Source of the DNA: Owenia fusiformis
Lineage: Eukaryota
DNA: 64,000 bases
Direction: 5' to 3'
Assembly: GCA_903813345.2 (NCBI GenBank)
Contig: CAIIXF020000001.1
Coordinates: forward strand, 1,240,001 to 1,304,000
Positions 1 to 12,279 of the stretch are shown one piece after another; the first letter of the stretch is position 1, and every line of letters starts with the position of its first letter. The translations under genes and the position numbers were made by a program. The notes beneath the pieces were generated by a model. That model did not search any database. It had not been told where the DNA came from and was given only the letters and a program-made list of their open reading frames with translations.

Positions 1-208
1 GCCCTTGGCACTATTTTACCCAGTTTGTGTTATTTAACATCCTTGGAAGATGTTGAGATTAGATTTCAAGGTTTATTTGCAGAGCTTAAAGTATAATCTT
101 GCCAACCTCCCCTTTACAAGAATATGTAGGAGTCAAGATTAAATACCTATACAGCTCAAGCTCAAGTGAAGACCTGAAAGTGTGTTTGTAAATAGGTCTC
201 TCATGTGA

Positions 209-348
209 TAGTGAAACCTGTATACCTGAACACCTCTCAGTGTGAACTATTGACTTACATATTTATAAATCTTTGAAATATGAATACCTGCTAATCCGAA
301 CACTTTTGGCTGATCCCAGAGGTGTTTCGATTAACAGGTTCTACTGTA
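209..348. mobile_element. Short degenerate MITE (pogo/Tc1-like ends); a related copy lies at about 575-797
   Basis: Ends are tagtgaaacctgtat... and ...ttaacaggttctactgta (imperfect inverted). The left end is also an inverted match to gaggtgttcagatatataggtttca at about 772-796. Confidence 0.4.
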
Positions 349-1449
349 CAGTATATAAGGTTTTCAGTCAAAATACAAGTAGTGTATTATTTGAAGTGTA
401 TTGAATCAGGGTTGGTCCTAAGTTGTTATTAGTATTATGTTATCTATATCCACACATTCCTCATAGCTGTTATCATATTAAGCCCTCTTGAGAATTTTTT
501 AGCAGAATTGGCAAGGCTGATAAAGTGTCTATTGTTCTGGTACTAATTGTAAAATATGGTATAACTTGCCTTATCTGAACACCATTGGGAAAGGTCTTGA
601 AAAAGTGTTTGTGTTTTTAGCAGGTGTTCAAAATCCGAACACCATTGGGAAATGTCTTGAAAAAGTGTTCACTGTTCAGATTAACAGGTGTTCATATTCA
701 AAGCTCTTCATGTGAGTCAATTGGAGATAATAAAAGAAAAATTGTCAACATTGAGAGGTGTTTGGATTGGAGAGGTGTTCAGATATATAGGTTTCATCAT
801 TTTGATTTATTTATCCAAAACATGTGAGACATGAAGTTTATGGATCCCACAATGCTGTTTCACTGTAAGATGCACTGAAGGGGTTTCACTAGAATTTCTC
901 ACAACAGGCTAAATAAATGAAAACAACAGGCAAAATTAATGGAAATCATAAATTTAACATGGAAAAGTAGAAAAGTCCCTAAAAACAACAGACGATTTTG
1001 TGAAAACAACCAGTGAAAATCGCCTTTTGCCTGTTGTTAATGAAATTCCAGCGCACTCTCAGTGTTCAGAGTACTCTAATTATCAGATCCTTGTATATTA
1101 TCTAGTTCTCACATTTGACCATGTGGGCCCACTGTTCGCCACCGTGTGAATACTTTTGGGCAGATGGCGGGGCATGGCATAGACACTGTGGTCAAAACAG
1201 ATATCCCCATCACATCAAATACAAAATTAATTAATTGATTAAAAAATTGATACCCAAAATTATCTACTCAGTGACGATCTGTGAGCCTTTCGGCCTAGTA
1301 CTTAAGCTCAGAAAAGGAGAGACAACTACTTGTTGCTGATAAGATCTAAATGACCCTAAAAGTAGTTGTTAATTGGACTTTAATGAGGGATTGATTATGA
1401 AATGAATGCCAGGTACGTATGAAAATATAAATCTAGTGAAAGTTTCTTT

Positions 1450-1659
1450 GATTGGATAGCTTTGTTCTAGCATTCTGATTGGTTAGGGCTAGATCTAGTT
1501 ATTATCTAAAACTCAATGGGAAGGGTAAGGGTATGCTCAGAGCATATAAAACAGAAGTTGATAAATAACCATGCCAGGTGATACCAACGTCACACCATGG
1601 GGTAATTCAGAGCAAAAAATTGTACCATTTGGTCCCTCTATATTTTCCCTGAGGTAAGT
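1450..1659 (+). promoter_or_regulatory. Candidate Pol II promoter and first exon of the TRIM-NHL gene
   Basis: Two ATTGG (reverse CCAAT) motifs at about 1451 and 1478, TATAAA at about 1545, and a consensus donor GAG|GTAAGT with GT at 1654. The TRIM CDS exon is preceded by an acceptor at 13853 and so needs an upstream exon. Confidence 0.35.
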
Positions 1660-2297
1660 ATCATAGAAAAAATGAGTTGAAAAGAACAGAATTTGGCCTC
1701 TAAAATATTATTTACCATTCCATAGACCTGTATCAGCACTTGTTAATGTTTTTTTTAGTTTCAATGATTAACTTGTCTAACTTGAAATGAGGTCAAAAGT
1801 TTTGTCCTTCTGGGTTAATTTGTTTGACTTACACCTGATTTAGGACTGTTTTATGTACTTCAGCTTGCCACTTGTCAATGTTATCTGAATGATGAAGTTC
1901 TAAACTTTTGTAAAAAAAAAGCTTAACATAATATGAACATGCATTTGTCATTGATCTTGATTGAAGGTTGATATCAGAGGATGTTTAAGAATTTAAGCCC
2001 TGGACTCCGTGCAATGTGGAATGCTTTCCAAAATTTGCACGAGATGTAAAGCATCGAGTTAATTTTAGGAAACAACGTCTGAAAGGAAGGGTTATTACAC
2101 ATTGCATTGAGTCTTGGGCTTAAATTCGTTTCACGCATTGCAAAATATCTTTTTACAAAAAGATGAGGTATCACTAAAAAAACATATTTTCAATGAAACA
2201 TTTTGCAAAGGTCAAGCTGGCAAAGTGTCATTTTCAATTTGTAGAGTCCAGTCATCACCATGACAACTTTAACTAGTGACCTTGAGTTCTTTATTCC

Positions 2298-2623
2298 ACC
2301 CGTGTAGCTCAGCGGTAGCCCAGATACCTCTTACGCAATAGGTCCCGGATTCGATCCCCGGTTCAGGGAAGACTAAATTTGCTTGTTTGCGTGAAGTACT
2401 TCAGGGTGTTTGACTGAGTGGTCCGCAACTTGTACAAAAGGCTGTGGTGTGTACTTGTATGTCTATGAATAAGTGCACATGAAAGAACACAGGGCTCCTT
2501 CAAGGAGGGGTTTCTGGGTCTATCTTCCATGTTTATTACATAAAATTACGACCGTACATATATGGGACATACCCAAGAGGTATTGCTCACCTTCATTGGT
2601 GGTAAACAAAATACAATACAATA
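2298..2623 (+). mobile_element. tRNA-derived SINE with a Nin/Deu-like central domain
   Basis: A-box TAGCTCAGCGG (about 2305) and B-box GGATTCGATCCC (about 2347). Core aaaggctgtggtgtgtacttgtatgtctatgaataagtgcacatgaaagaac resembles the conserved Nin/Deu SINE domain (from memory). (ATACA)n-type tail at about 2610-2623. Confidence 0.75.
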
Positions 2624-3853
2624 TTGGTTATTTAAAGAGACTCTATTGAGACTTCTCTGTGGCATTTTTTCTTTATTCCTTTTTGTTTTGAATTTTTAAC
2701 ACCATAACATTAACTAACTACTCAATATGCAACTTTTCACCGCGTAGAATTTTAAAATATTAAGTTTGAAAATTCCATTTTTATAATGGAGCTCAATGGG
2801 AAAAACTACATAATTTGAATTATTTTCAAACGTAGCGGCGCGATTTTGATAAAATTGACAGATATAATAAATATTGGTAAGACAAAATGTTTGATGAAAA
2901 ATGAAGAAAATTCACCGTCCTGGTTACGCAAACTATAGAAAAATCTGAAATAATCATAAAAACCTGTAAAAATAGATTGAAGGGGGTGATATTCATTTTT
3001 AATGTGCCTTTCACTACTACAGGGTAACCATAATTTTGGTACTGATTTGATTTTTCAATGAAAATCATTTCTATAGTGTATAGTCAGTTTAAATAATACA
3101 ATTGGTATATTTCTTTACTGAACAGTGCAATCATTTATTTATTTATCAACAGTAATGCAAACTACATATTATACAGTTAGTAAAATATTAAAATAATTCT
3201 ATTAAAATTTAAGCATTGCCAGAATGTGTTGACAGCTGGCAAAAAATTGAAGAATTTGAAGAAAAATAGCCACCCAAAGACACTTACACCTGCTAACTGC
3301 CACTTTGCAAAGAGTTTATTCAAGCAAGAAAACTATTTGAAAAAACGTAATTTCGGGTTGAACATGGTACCCACCACTCTGGTTACCTTAGCAACCATCT
3401 CTCAAGAACCAATCAAAATTGAGGTCCCAAAGGACCTTATACACCCTCCATTGGGATCTCCCCATGAGAAAAAAATAATTCATCTGATTTTTCAAAATGA
3501 GTATTCTGCTTTAATTATTACATTTATATGCACACTAGTATCTTGTTGACCTATATTCAGCACTGTATTGATGTATAGGCCACTTATTAGGGTCATAATT
3601 CAATCACGAAGTGTAGAGGCATATGATTCCAAACCAGGAAGTATTTTTGTGTCTGTCAAAATCCATTTGCATCCTACGCATCCCTACATCTTATCCAAAT
3701 ATGTTACTACATAATGAAATAAAATAGTATATTCTTTGGTTTTACAAAGTTGTATGATTTTTGATAAGTGTAAAAGTTGTTTTTGGAGCATTTTTCTATA
3801 GCCATTTTGTAGGGAAAAAATGATGAAAAAATGTACAATCTTTTAATTTTAAG

Positions 3854-3956
3854 TATGACCTAAATCGATTGCAAACTTCATATTTGCACATTTGATGAGA
3901 TAAACCATTAGTGCCATATTGTGAAATTATTAAGTTTGCAATCGATTCAGGTCATA
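3854..3956. repeat. 25-bp inverted repeat (1 mismatch) with a 53-bp spacer, probably internal to a DNA transposon relic
   Basis: tatgacctaaatcgattgcaaactt (3854-3878) versus aagtttgcaatcgattcaggtcata (3932-3956). Confidence 0.7.
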
Positions 3957-6047
3957 GTGTATTTTTGGTATTTGATAATCAATAGAAACCAATGGCCTCT
4001 ATTGGGATCTGCTGATATCCTCATGTTAAGTCAATGAAGCACAGCCCCATGTAAGGCAACACAACCTTACTAAACTAAATGGCCCCTATCTCAGCCTATG
4101 TGTGCCCGAGCATTTTAATATTTTCCAAAGAGTTATATGACATTCTATTCTTCATGTTACACCTAACAATTATTCATTTTGACCATAGGGGTATTTGCCA
4201 ATAATCGCACCTCTTCCTTTTAACATATAATGTATAAATGTATAACACATATGTGTACCAAGTTTCATTGTAAAAGTCCTATTTTCCTTTAAGTTATGGC
4301 ATCAACTGCAAAACTTTTTGAACCACCTAAGTATATACCTTATTAGATGCAGTGAAGGAGTTAAATCATTGGGATATGAATAAATCATGCAAAACATATT
4401 TTGTACATATTTCTCATCATTTAGGGTTACCCAGTAGTTTACAAGCTGACCTTTGCAAAATATATTTCACTTACTATCCTCATTCGCTATCACGCTATCT
4501 AGTTTCTTTCTAAATTGGCCTGGATTGCCTGGTTTATTGGTTTTAGCGAACCGTCCATTTCGTCGAACCATCATTTTGCTAAGGTTGTTTGTGATGAATA
4601 TACAATATTCAGTTACATATAACTGTACAGCAACTTTATGCAAGGGAAGGTAATTATGTGAGAGCACATAAAGTACATGAAGTATTGACCCACTTGTCTC
4701 AGTGAATCTTATAAACAGTGCATAGAGTTTTTTCTATGCAATGATTGGCTCACAGTTACTAATAGTGTAAGTTATTTAATTTCTATACAGTGTGGAATAG
4801 AGTGTATAAACTTCTACAGTTTCAAGCAGGTTTTAGTGTTTTCTGACCAATGATATATTCAGACTTATTCATTTCACGATTATGTAATACTGACCTACAT
4901 ATCTGTATAGCATATCTTTAACAGAATGGGTTAACCCAACTAATTGTTATAACATGCGTATTCCCATACAAACAATCTGTCTTCAAGAGAAAACTAAGAT
5001 TTGTGGACATGTTTTGCTATCATTGCATCATACCCCAGTATGTCCTCTGTCAGTCAAAAAAGTTTGAATCAAAACTCCCCACGAAAATCAAAAGATCTCA
5101 CCTGTTGAAGACGCCATCTATAGAAAATGTCAAAAAATGTCATTCTGATTTTGACAGATGGAGGCAGGTCAAAAAGGTCAAATTTTTAAAAGAAAATGCA
5201 CCTTAATCACATCAAATCATGTCTCAGAGTTGGTCCACACATACACTTTTTCATTCATGTACTTACCAAAATCCAACCACTGGTGATGCTAATGTAATTA
5301 CAATAATTGGACTATATTTTTGTTTTTATAATGCCATCTATTCGTCTTCCCACTCGGCGGAAGGATCTAATGGTTGTGTGTCTCCTAGTAGTGACCCATC
5401 CTTTAAGTTACAATTGTAATTTCCTCCAAAATGTAACCCCAAGTTGTTTTCTAGTAAAATAATACAAACCGCAAGCAGATTCGACTATTTTTTCCAGATA
5501 TATGAATAGTTAAAGTTACCCATCCCCTTTCTGCAATTAGATGTTTTCCTGGGATATTGACTAAAATTGGAACCTATGGCTAGATGTGTTGGGAGGTGTC
5601 TAGTTTGAGATGGGGAGGTAGTACAGAGCTGAATGAGCTATATCTGGAAAGCACATTTTGCCTAGAATCAATTTTTGTAATTTAAAGAAATAGGCAATTA
5701 ATATCTCTTATTTATGCGCATATTTAATAACACGGGGTAGATTTTGGCGAAAAAATGCTTATTCGACACTTTTGGGAAATAGTACAGACCATCGTGACAT
5801 TAAACTTTGTCAAATGATAGAACAATTCATGTGTTATCAATTACATAAACTAATTGTAATCATTATTATTGCTTCTGAATGTTTACAGAGAAATATTTAG
5901 TATGGAGGATACAGAAAAATTGGTCATTTTCTCCATTTGTTGTTCTACCCTGGGGAATATTCATCAAAGAAAACCAAAACAACACACATTTCCAATTATA
6001 GGTCTCCCAATTGATAAATGATCATTCTGAACACTGTATTTGATTAC

Positions 6048-6553
6048 TTAGGGTTAAGTCAAGGTTAGGATTAGGGGTTAGGGTTAGGCTTGGGCTTAGG
6101 GTAAGGCTTTAGTTAGGGCTAAGGGTAGTGTTGGGGCTAGGGTTAGGCCCTGGCTTAGGGTAAGGCTATAGTTAGGGTTAGGGGTAGTGTTGGGGTTAGG
6201 CTTAGGCTCTAGCTTAGGGTTAGGCTATAGTTAGGGTTAGGGGTAGTGTTGAGGTTAGAGTTAGGGGTTAGGGTTAGGCTCTGGCTTAGGGTTAGGCTAT
6301 AGTTAGGGTTAGGGGTAATGTTGGGGTAAGGGGTTAGGGTTAGACTCTGGCTTAGGGTTAGGCTGTAGTTAGGGTTAGGAATAGTGTTGGGGTTAGGGTT
6401 AGGGGTTAGGGTTTGGCTCTGGCTTAGGGTTAGGGTTAGGCTATAGTTAGGGTTAGGGGTAGTGTTGGTGTTCAGGTTAAGGGTTAGAGTTAGGCTCTGG
6501 CTTAGGGTTAGGCTATAGTTAGGGTTAGAGATGTTGTTGGGGTTAGGGTTAGG
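6048..6553 (+). repeat. Degenerate telomere-like (TTAGGG)n tract, copy 1
   Basis: TTAGGG/TTAGGGG motifs interspersed in 59-78-bp higher-order units. Confidence 0.95.
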
Positions 6554-8134
6554 TCATTGCCAATGATTTAGCCTTCTAGAGCAAAATTTGTGAAAATTCC
6601 AATAAAAATCATGGAAACAGTGGAGAAATATGACCAAAGTAACAAAAAGTTGACTCCTGGTTGGAGCCTATGACGGATGTGTTGGGAGATGTCTAGTTTG
6701 AGCTGGGGAGGTATTACAGAGCTGATTGAGCTATATCTGGATAGCACATTTTGCCTAGAATCAATTTTTGTGATTTAGAAAAATAATCAATAAATTTCTC
6801 TAATTTATGCACATATTTGAATAACACGGGGTAAATTTTTGCGAAAAAATGCTTATTCAGCACTTTTTGGGGAAAAGCATGGACCATAGTGCCATGAAAC
6901 TTTGTCAAACGCATTGAGAGAGATGAAATTAATGAAAGTCCCAATAAAAACTGGAAATAGTTGAGAAATATGACCAAATTAAAAAAAAGTGGTACTTCAG
7001 AATGGGCGATAATAGGGTTAACCCAACTAATTGTTATAACATGCGTATTCCCATACAAACAATCTGTCTTCAAGAGAAAACTAAGATTTGTGGACATGTT
7101 TTGCTATCATTGCATCATACCCCAGTATGTCCTCTGTCAGTCAAAAAAGTTTGAATCAAAACTCCCCACGAAAATCAAAAGATCTCACCTGTTGAAGACG
7201 CCATCTATAGAAAATGTCAAAAAATGTCATTCTGATTTTGACAGATGGAGGCAGGTCAAAAAGGTCAAATTTTTAAAAGAAAATGCACCTTAATCACATC
7301 AAATCATGTCTCAGAGTTGGTCCACACATACACTTTTTCATTCATGTACTTACCAAAATCCAACCACTGGTGATGCTAATGTAATTACAATAATTGGACT
7401 ATATTTTTGTTTTTATAATGCCATCTATTCGTCTTCCCACTCGGCGGAAGGATCTAATGGTTGTGTGTCTCCTAGTAGTGACCCATCCTTTAAGTTACAA
7501 TTGTAATTTCCTCCAAAATGTAACCCCAAGTTGTTTTCTAGTAAAATAATACAAACCGCAAGCAGATTCGACTATTTTTTCCAGATATATGAATAGTTAA
7601 AGTTACCCATCCCCTTTCTGCAATTAGATGTTTTCCTGGGATATTGACTAAAATTGGAACCTATGGCTAGATGTGTTGGGAGGTGTCTAGTTTGAGATGG
7701 GGAGGTAGTACAGAGCTGAATGAGCTATATCTGGAAAGCACATTTTGCCTAGAATCAATTTTTGTAATTTAAAGAAATAGGCAATTAATATCTCTTATTT
7801 ATGCGCATATTTAATAACACGGGGTAGATTTTGGCGAAAAAATGCTTATTCGACACTTTTGGGAAATAGTACAGACCATCGTGACATTAAACTTTGTCAA
7901 ATGATAGAACAATTCATGTGTTATCAATTACATAAACTAATTGTAATCATTATTATTGCTTCTGAATGTTTACAGAGAAATATTTAGTATGGAGGATACA
8001 GAAAAATTGGTCATTTTCTCCATTTGTTGTTCTACCCTGGGGAATATTCATCAAAGAAAACCAAAACAACACACATTTCCAATTATAGGTCTCCCAATTG
8101 ATAAATGATCATTCTGAACACTGTATTTGATTAC

Positions 8135-8640
8135 TTAGGGTTAAGTCAAGGTTAGGATTAGGGGTTAGGGTTAGGCTTGGGCTTAGGGTAAGGCTTTAGT
8201 TAGGGCTAAGGGTAGTGTTGGGGCTAGGGTTAGGCCCTGGCTTAGGGTAAGGCTATAGTTAGGGTTAGGGGTAGTGTTGGGGTTAGGCTTAGGCTCTAGC
8301 TTAGGGTTAGGCTATAGTTAGGGTTAGGGGTAGTGTTGAGGTTAGAGTTAGGGGTTAGGGTTAGGCTCTGGCTTAGGGTTAGGCTATAGTTAGGGTTAGG
8401 GGTAATGTTGGGGTAAGGGGTTAGGGTTAGACTCTGGCTTAGGGTTAGGCTGTAGTTAGGGTTAGGAATAGTGTTGGGGTTAGGGTTAGGGGTTAGGGTT
8501 TGGCTCTGGCTTAGGGTTAGGGTTAGGCTATAGTTAGGGTTAGGGGTAGTGTTGGTGTTCAGGTTAAGGGTTAGAGTTAGGCTCTGGCTTAGGGTTAGGC
8601 TATAGTTAGGGTTAGAGATGTTGTTGGGGTTAGGGTTAGG
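8135..8640 (+). repeat. Degenerate telomere-like (TTAGGG)n tract, copy 2
   Basis: Same sequence as 6048-6553, shifted by 2087. Confidence 0.95.
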
Positions 8641-10221
8641 TCATTGCCAATGATTTAGCCTTCTAGAGCAAAATTTGTGAAAATTCCAATAAAAATCATG
8701 GAAACAGTGGAGAAATATGACCAAAGTAACAAAAAGTTGACTCCTGGTTGGAGCCTATGACGGATGTGTTGGGAGATGTCTAGTTTGAGCTGGGGAGGTA
8801 TTACAGAGCTGATTGAGCTATATCTGGATAGCACATTTTGCCTAGAATCAATTTTTGTGATTTAGAAAAATAATCAATAAATTTCTCTAATTTATGCACA
8901 TATTTGAATAACACGGGGTAAATTTTTGCGAAAAAATGCTTATTCAGCACTTTTTGGGGAAAAGCATGGACCATAGTGCCATGAAACTTTGTCAAACGCA
9001 TTGAGAGAGATGAAATTAATGAAAGTCCCAATAAAAACTGGAAATAGTTGAGAAATATGACCAAATTAAAAAAAAGTGGTACTCCAGAATGGGCGATAAT
9101 AGGGTTAACCCAACTAATTGTTATAACATGCGTATTCCCATACAAACAATCTGTCTTCAAGAGAAAACTAAGATTTGTGGACATGTTTTGCTATCATTGC
9201 ATCATACCCCAGTATGTCCTCTGTCAGTCAAAAAAGTTTGAATCAAAACTCCCCACGAAAATCAAAAGATCTCACCTGTTGAAGACGCCATCTATAGAAA
9301 ATGTCAAAAAATGTCATTCTGATTTTGACAGATGGAGGCAGGTCAAAAAGGTCAAATTTTTAAAAGAAAATGCACCTTAATCACATCAAATCATGTCTCA
9401 GAGTTGGTCCACACATACACTTTTTCATTCATGTACTTACCAAAATCCAACCACTGGTGATGCTAATGTAATTACAATAATTGGACTATATTTTTGTTTT
9501 TATAATGCCATCTATTCGTCTTCCCACTCGGCGGAAGGATCTAATGGTTGTGTGTCTCCTAGTAGTGACCCATCCTTTAAGTTACAATTGTAATTTCCTC
9601 CAAAATGTAACCCCAAGTTGTTTTCTAGTAAAATAATACAAACCGCAAGCAGATTCGACTATTTTTTCCAGATATATGAATAGTTAAAGTTACCCATCCC
9701 CTTTCTGCAATTAGATGTTTTCCTGGGATATTGACTAAAATTGGAACCTATGGCTAGATGTGTTGGGAGGTGTCTAGTTTGAGATGGGGAGGTAGTACAG
9801 AGCTGAATGAGCTATATCTGGAAAGCACATTTTGCCTAGAATCAATTTTTGTAATTTAAAGAAATAGGCAATTAATATCTCTTATTTATGCGCATATTTA
9901 ATAACACGGGGTAGATTTTGGCGAAAAAATGCTTATTCGACACTTTTGGGAAATAGTACAGACCATCGTGACATTAAACTTTGTCAAATGATAGAACAAT
10001 TCATGTGTTATCAATTACATAAACTAATTGTAATCATTATTATTGCTTCTGAATGTTTACAGAGAAATATTTAGTATGGAGGATACAGAAAAATTGGTCA
10101 TTTTCTCCATTTGTTGTTCTACCCTGGGGAATATTCATCAAAGAAAACCAAAACAACACACATTTCCAATTATAGGTCTCCCAATTGATAAATGATCATT
10201 CTGAACACTGTATTTGATTAC

Positions 10222-10727
10222 TTAGGGTTAAGTCAAGGTTAGGATTAGGGGTTAGGGTTAGGCTTGGGCTTAGGGTAAGGCTTTAGTTAGGGCTAAGGGT
10301 AGTGTTGGGGCTAGGGTTAGGCCCTGGCTTAGGGTAAGGCTATAGTTAGGGTTAGGGGTAGTGTTGGGGTTAGGCTTAGGCTCTAGCTTAGGGTTAGGCT
10401 ATAGTTAGGGTTAGGGGTAGTGTTGAGGTTAGAGTTAGGGGTTAGGGTTAGGCTCTGGCTTAGGGTTAGGCTATAGTTAGGGTTAGGGGTAATGTTGGGG
10501 TAAGGGGTTAGGGTTAGACTCTGGCTTAGGGTTAGGCTGTAGTTAGGGTTAGGAATAGTGTTGGGGTTAGGGTTAGGGGTTAGGGTTTGGCTCTGGCTTA
10601 GGGTTAGGGTTAGGCTATAGTTAGGGTTAGGGGTAGTGTTGGTGTTCAGGTTAAGGGTTAGAGTTAGGCTCTGGCTTAGGGTTAGGCTATAGTTAGGGTT
10701 AGAGATGTTGTTGGGGTTAGGGTTAGG
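10222..10727 (+). repeat. Degenerate telomere-like (TTAGGG)n tract, copy 3
   Basis: Same sequence as 6048-6553, shifted by 4174. Confidence 0.95.
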
Positions 10728-11654
10728 TCATTGCCAATGATTTAGCCTTCTAGAGCAAAATTTGTGAAAATTCCAATAAAAATCATGGAAACAGTGGAGA
10801 AATATGACCAAAGTAACAAAAAGTTGACTCCTGGTTGGAGCCTATGACGGATGTGTTGGGAGATGTCTAGTTTGAGCTGGGGAGGTATTACAGAGCTGAT
10901 TGAGCTATATCTGGATAGCACATTTTGCCTAGAATCAATTTTTGTGATTTAGAAAAATAATCAATAAATTTCTCTAATTTATGCACATATTTGAATAACA
11001 CGGGGTAAATTTTTGCGAAAAAATGCTTATTCAGCACTTTTTGGGGAAAAGCATGGACCATAGTGCCATGAAACTTTGTCAAACGCATTGAGAGAGATGA
11101 AATTAATGAAAGTCCCAATAAAAACTGGAAATAGTTGAGAAATATGACCAAATTAAAAAAAAGTGGTACTCCAGAATGGGTGATAATAGGGTTAACCCAA
11201 CTAATTGTTATAACATGCGTATTCCCATACAAACAATCTGTCTTCAAGAGAAAACTAAGATTTGTGGACATGTTTTGCTATCATTGCATCATACCCCAGT
11301 ATGTCCTCTGTCAGTCAAAAAAGTTTGAATCAAAACTCCCCACGAAAATCAAAAGATCTCACCTGTTGAAGACGCCATCTATAGAAAATGTCAAAAAATG
11401 TCATTCTGATTTTGACAGATGGAGGCAGGTCAAAAAGGTCAAATTTTTAAAAGAAAATGCACCTTAATCACATCAAATCATGTCTCAGAGTTGGTCCACA
11501 CATACACTTTTTCATTCATGTACTTACCAAAATCCAACCACTGGTGATGCTAATGTAATTACAATAATTGGACTATATTTTTGTTTTTATAATGCCATCT
11601 ATTCGTCTTCCCACTCGGCGGAAGGATCTAATGGTTGTGTGTCTCCAATGCAAT

Positions 11655-11922
11655 TTGATACATGAAATAGCCTGTTCTGATTGGCTTGAATTGGACACAC
11701 CTTGCAGGAGAAAGTGCCTGATTTAGAGAGGGGACTGATATAGGAGGGAGGGGCTGTAAGAGGAAGAAGGGGCTGGAAAAGAGGGTGGGGTCGTGGATAA
11801 TATAGGGAGGGAGGAGCTGAAATAAGAGAGGGGAGTTGATATAGAAGGGTTTGACCTGACGTAGAAGCAAATATTGGAGAGATGATGAATGCTATAAAGG
11901 CAGGAAGGAATTGATACATGAA
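11655..11922. repeat. Purine-rich low-complexity tract bracketed by a 12-bp direct repeat
   Basis: ttgatacatgaa at 11655-11666 and 11911-11922, with G/A-rich degenerate subrepeats between. Confidence 0.6.
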
Positions 11923-12279
11923 GGAGGGTTGAGAATAAAAAGTGGATATATTTCAGTTAGAGCTTGTCAGACATGCCAACTTTTAAATCATTCTCCAAAT
12001 CCCAAATTAAACACTAAACCAACTGCTTTATTTGGCTTTCTTGCATAATGTATGAAGTGGCTTGAAAATCTATCAATTGTATTAATAGTGAATCATTTCC
12101 AAATAACTTTCCTTGCATATATTAGAATTGCATTACTGAGTCTCTCATTTATGAAAATGATTTCTGAGAAGACTCGTGAAATGTTAAAATGATATAATTC
12201 AATGAGATCCAAAATCTGAGCAAGCTGTACATATGGTTGTTTACGGATTCACTGATGCGTTGATCATAGTTGGAGTATT

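Larger units (their letters stand above)
4922..11646. repeat. Tandem macro-repeat, 2087-bp unit, about 3.2 near-identical copies
   Basis: gggttaacccaac recurs at 4928, 7015, 9102 and 11189, and ORFs repeat at 2087-bp spacing. The only differences I saw are isolated SNPs near the junction. The array ends at ...gtgtctcc (11646). Confidence 0.97.

Noticed and set aside
2298..2370. tRNA gene
   Set aside because: A and B boxes are present, but I could not build an acceptor stem or clean cloverleaf, and the sequence continues into a SINE body and tail.
4467..4667. Minus-strand basic peptide MVRRNGRFAKTNKPGNPGQFRKK ending at a GTAAGT donor
   Set aside because: Could be a transposon first exon, but I found no downstream exon or family match.
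6048..10727. True telomere or chromosome fusion site
   Set aside because: The tracts are degenerate, all in one orientation, internal to a repeated unit and flanked by ordinary sequence.
4922..11646. Tandem LTR retrotransposon (shared-LTR array)
   Set aside because: The 458-bp terminal segment lacks consistent TG...CA ends, and I found no primer-binding site, 4-6-bp TSD or gag/pol remnant. A fractional tandem copy explains the layout.
5003..11919. Repeated 61-127-aa ORFs in the array and Pro/Leu-rich ORFs at 11599-11919
   Set aside because: No recognisable domains. They recur only because the DNA is duplicated, or arise from low-complexity sequence.
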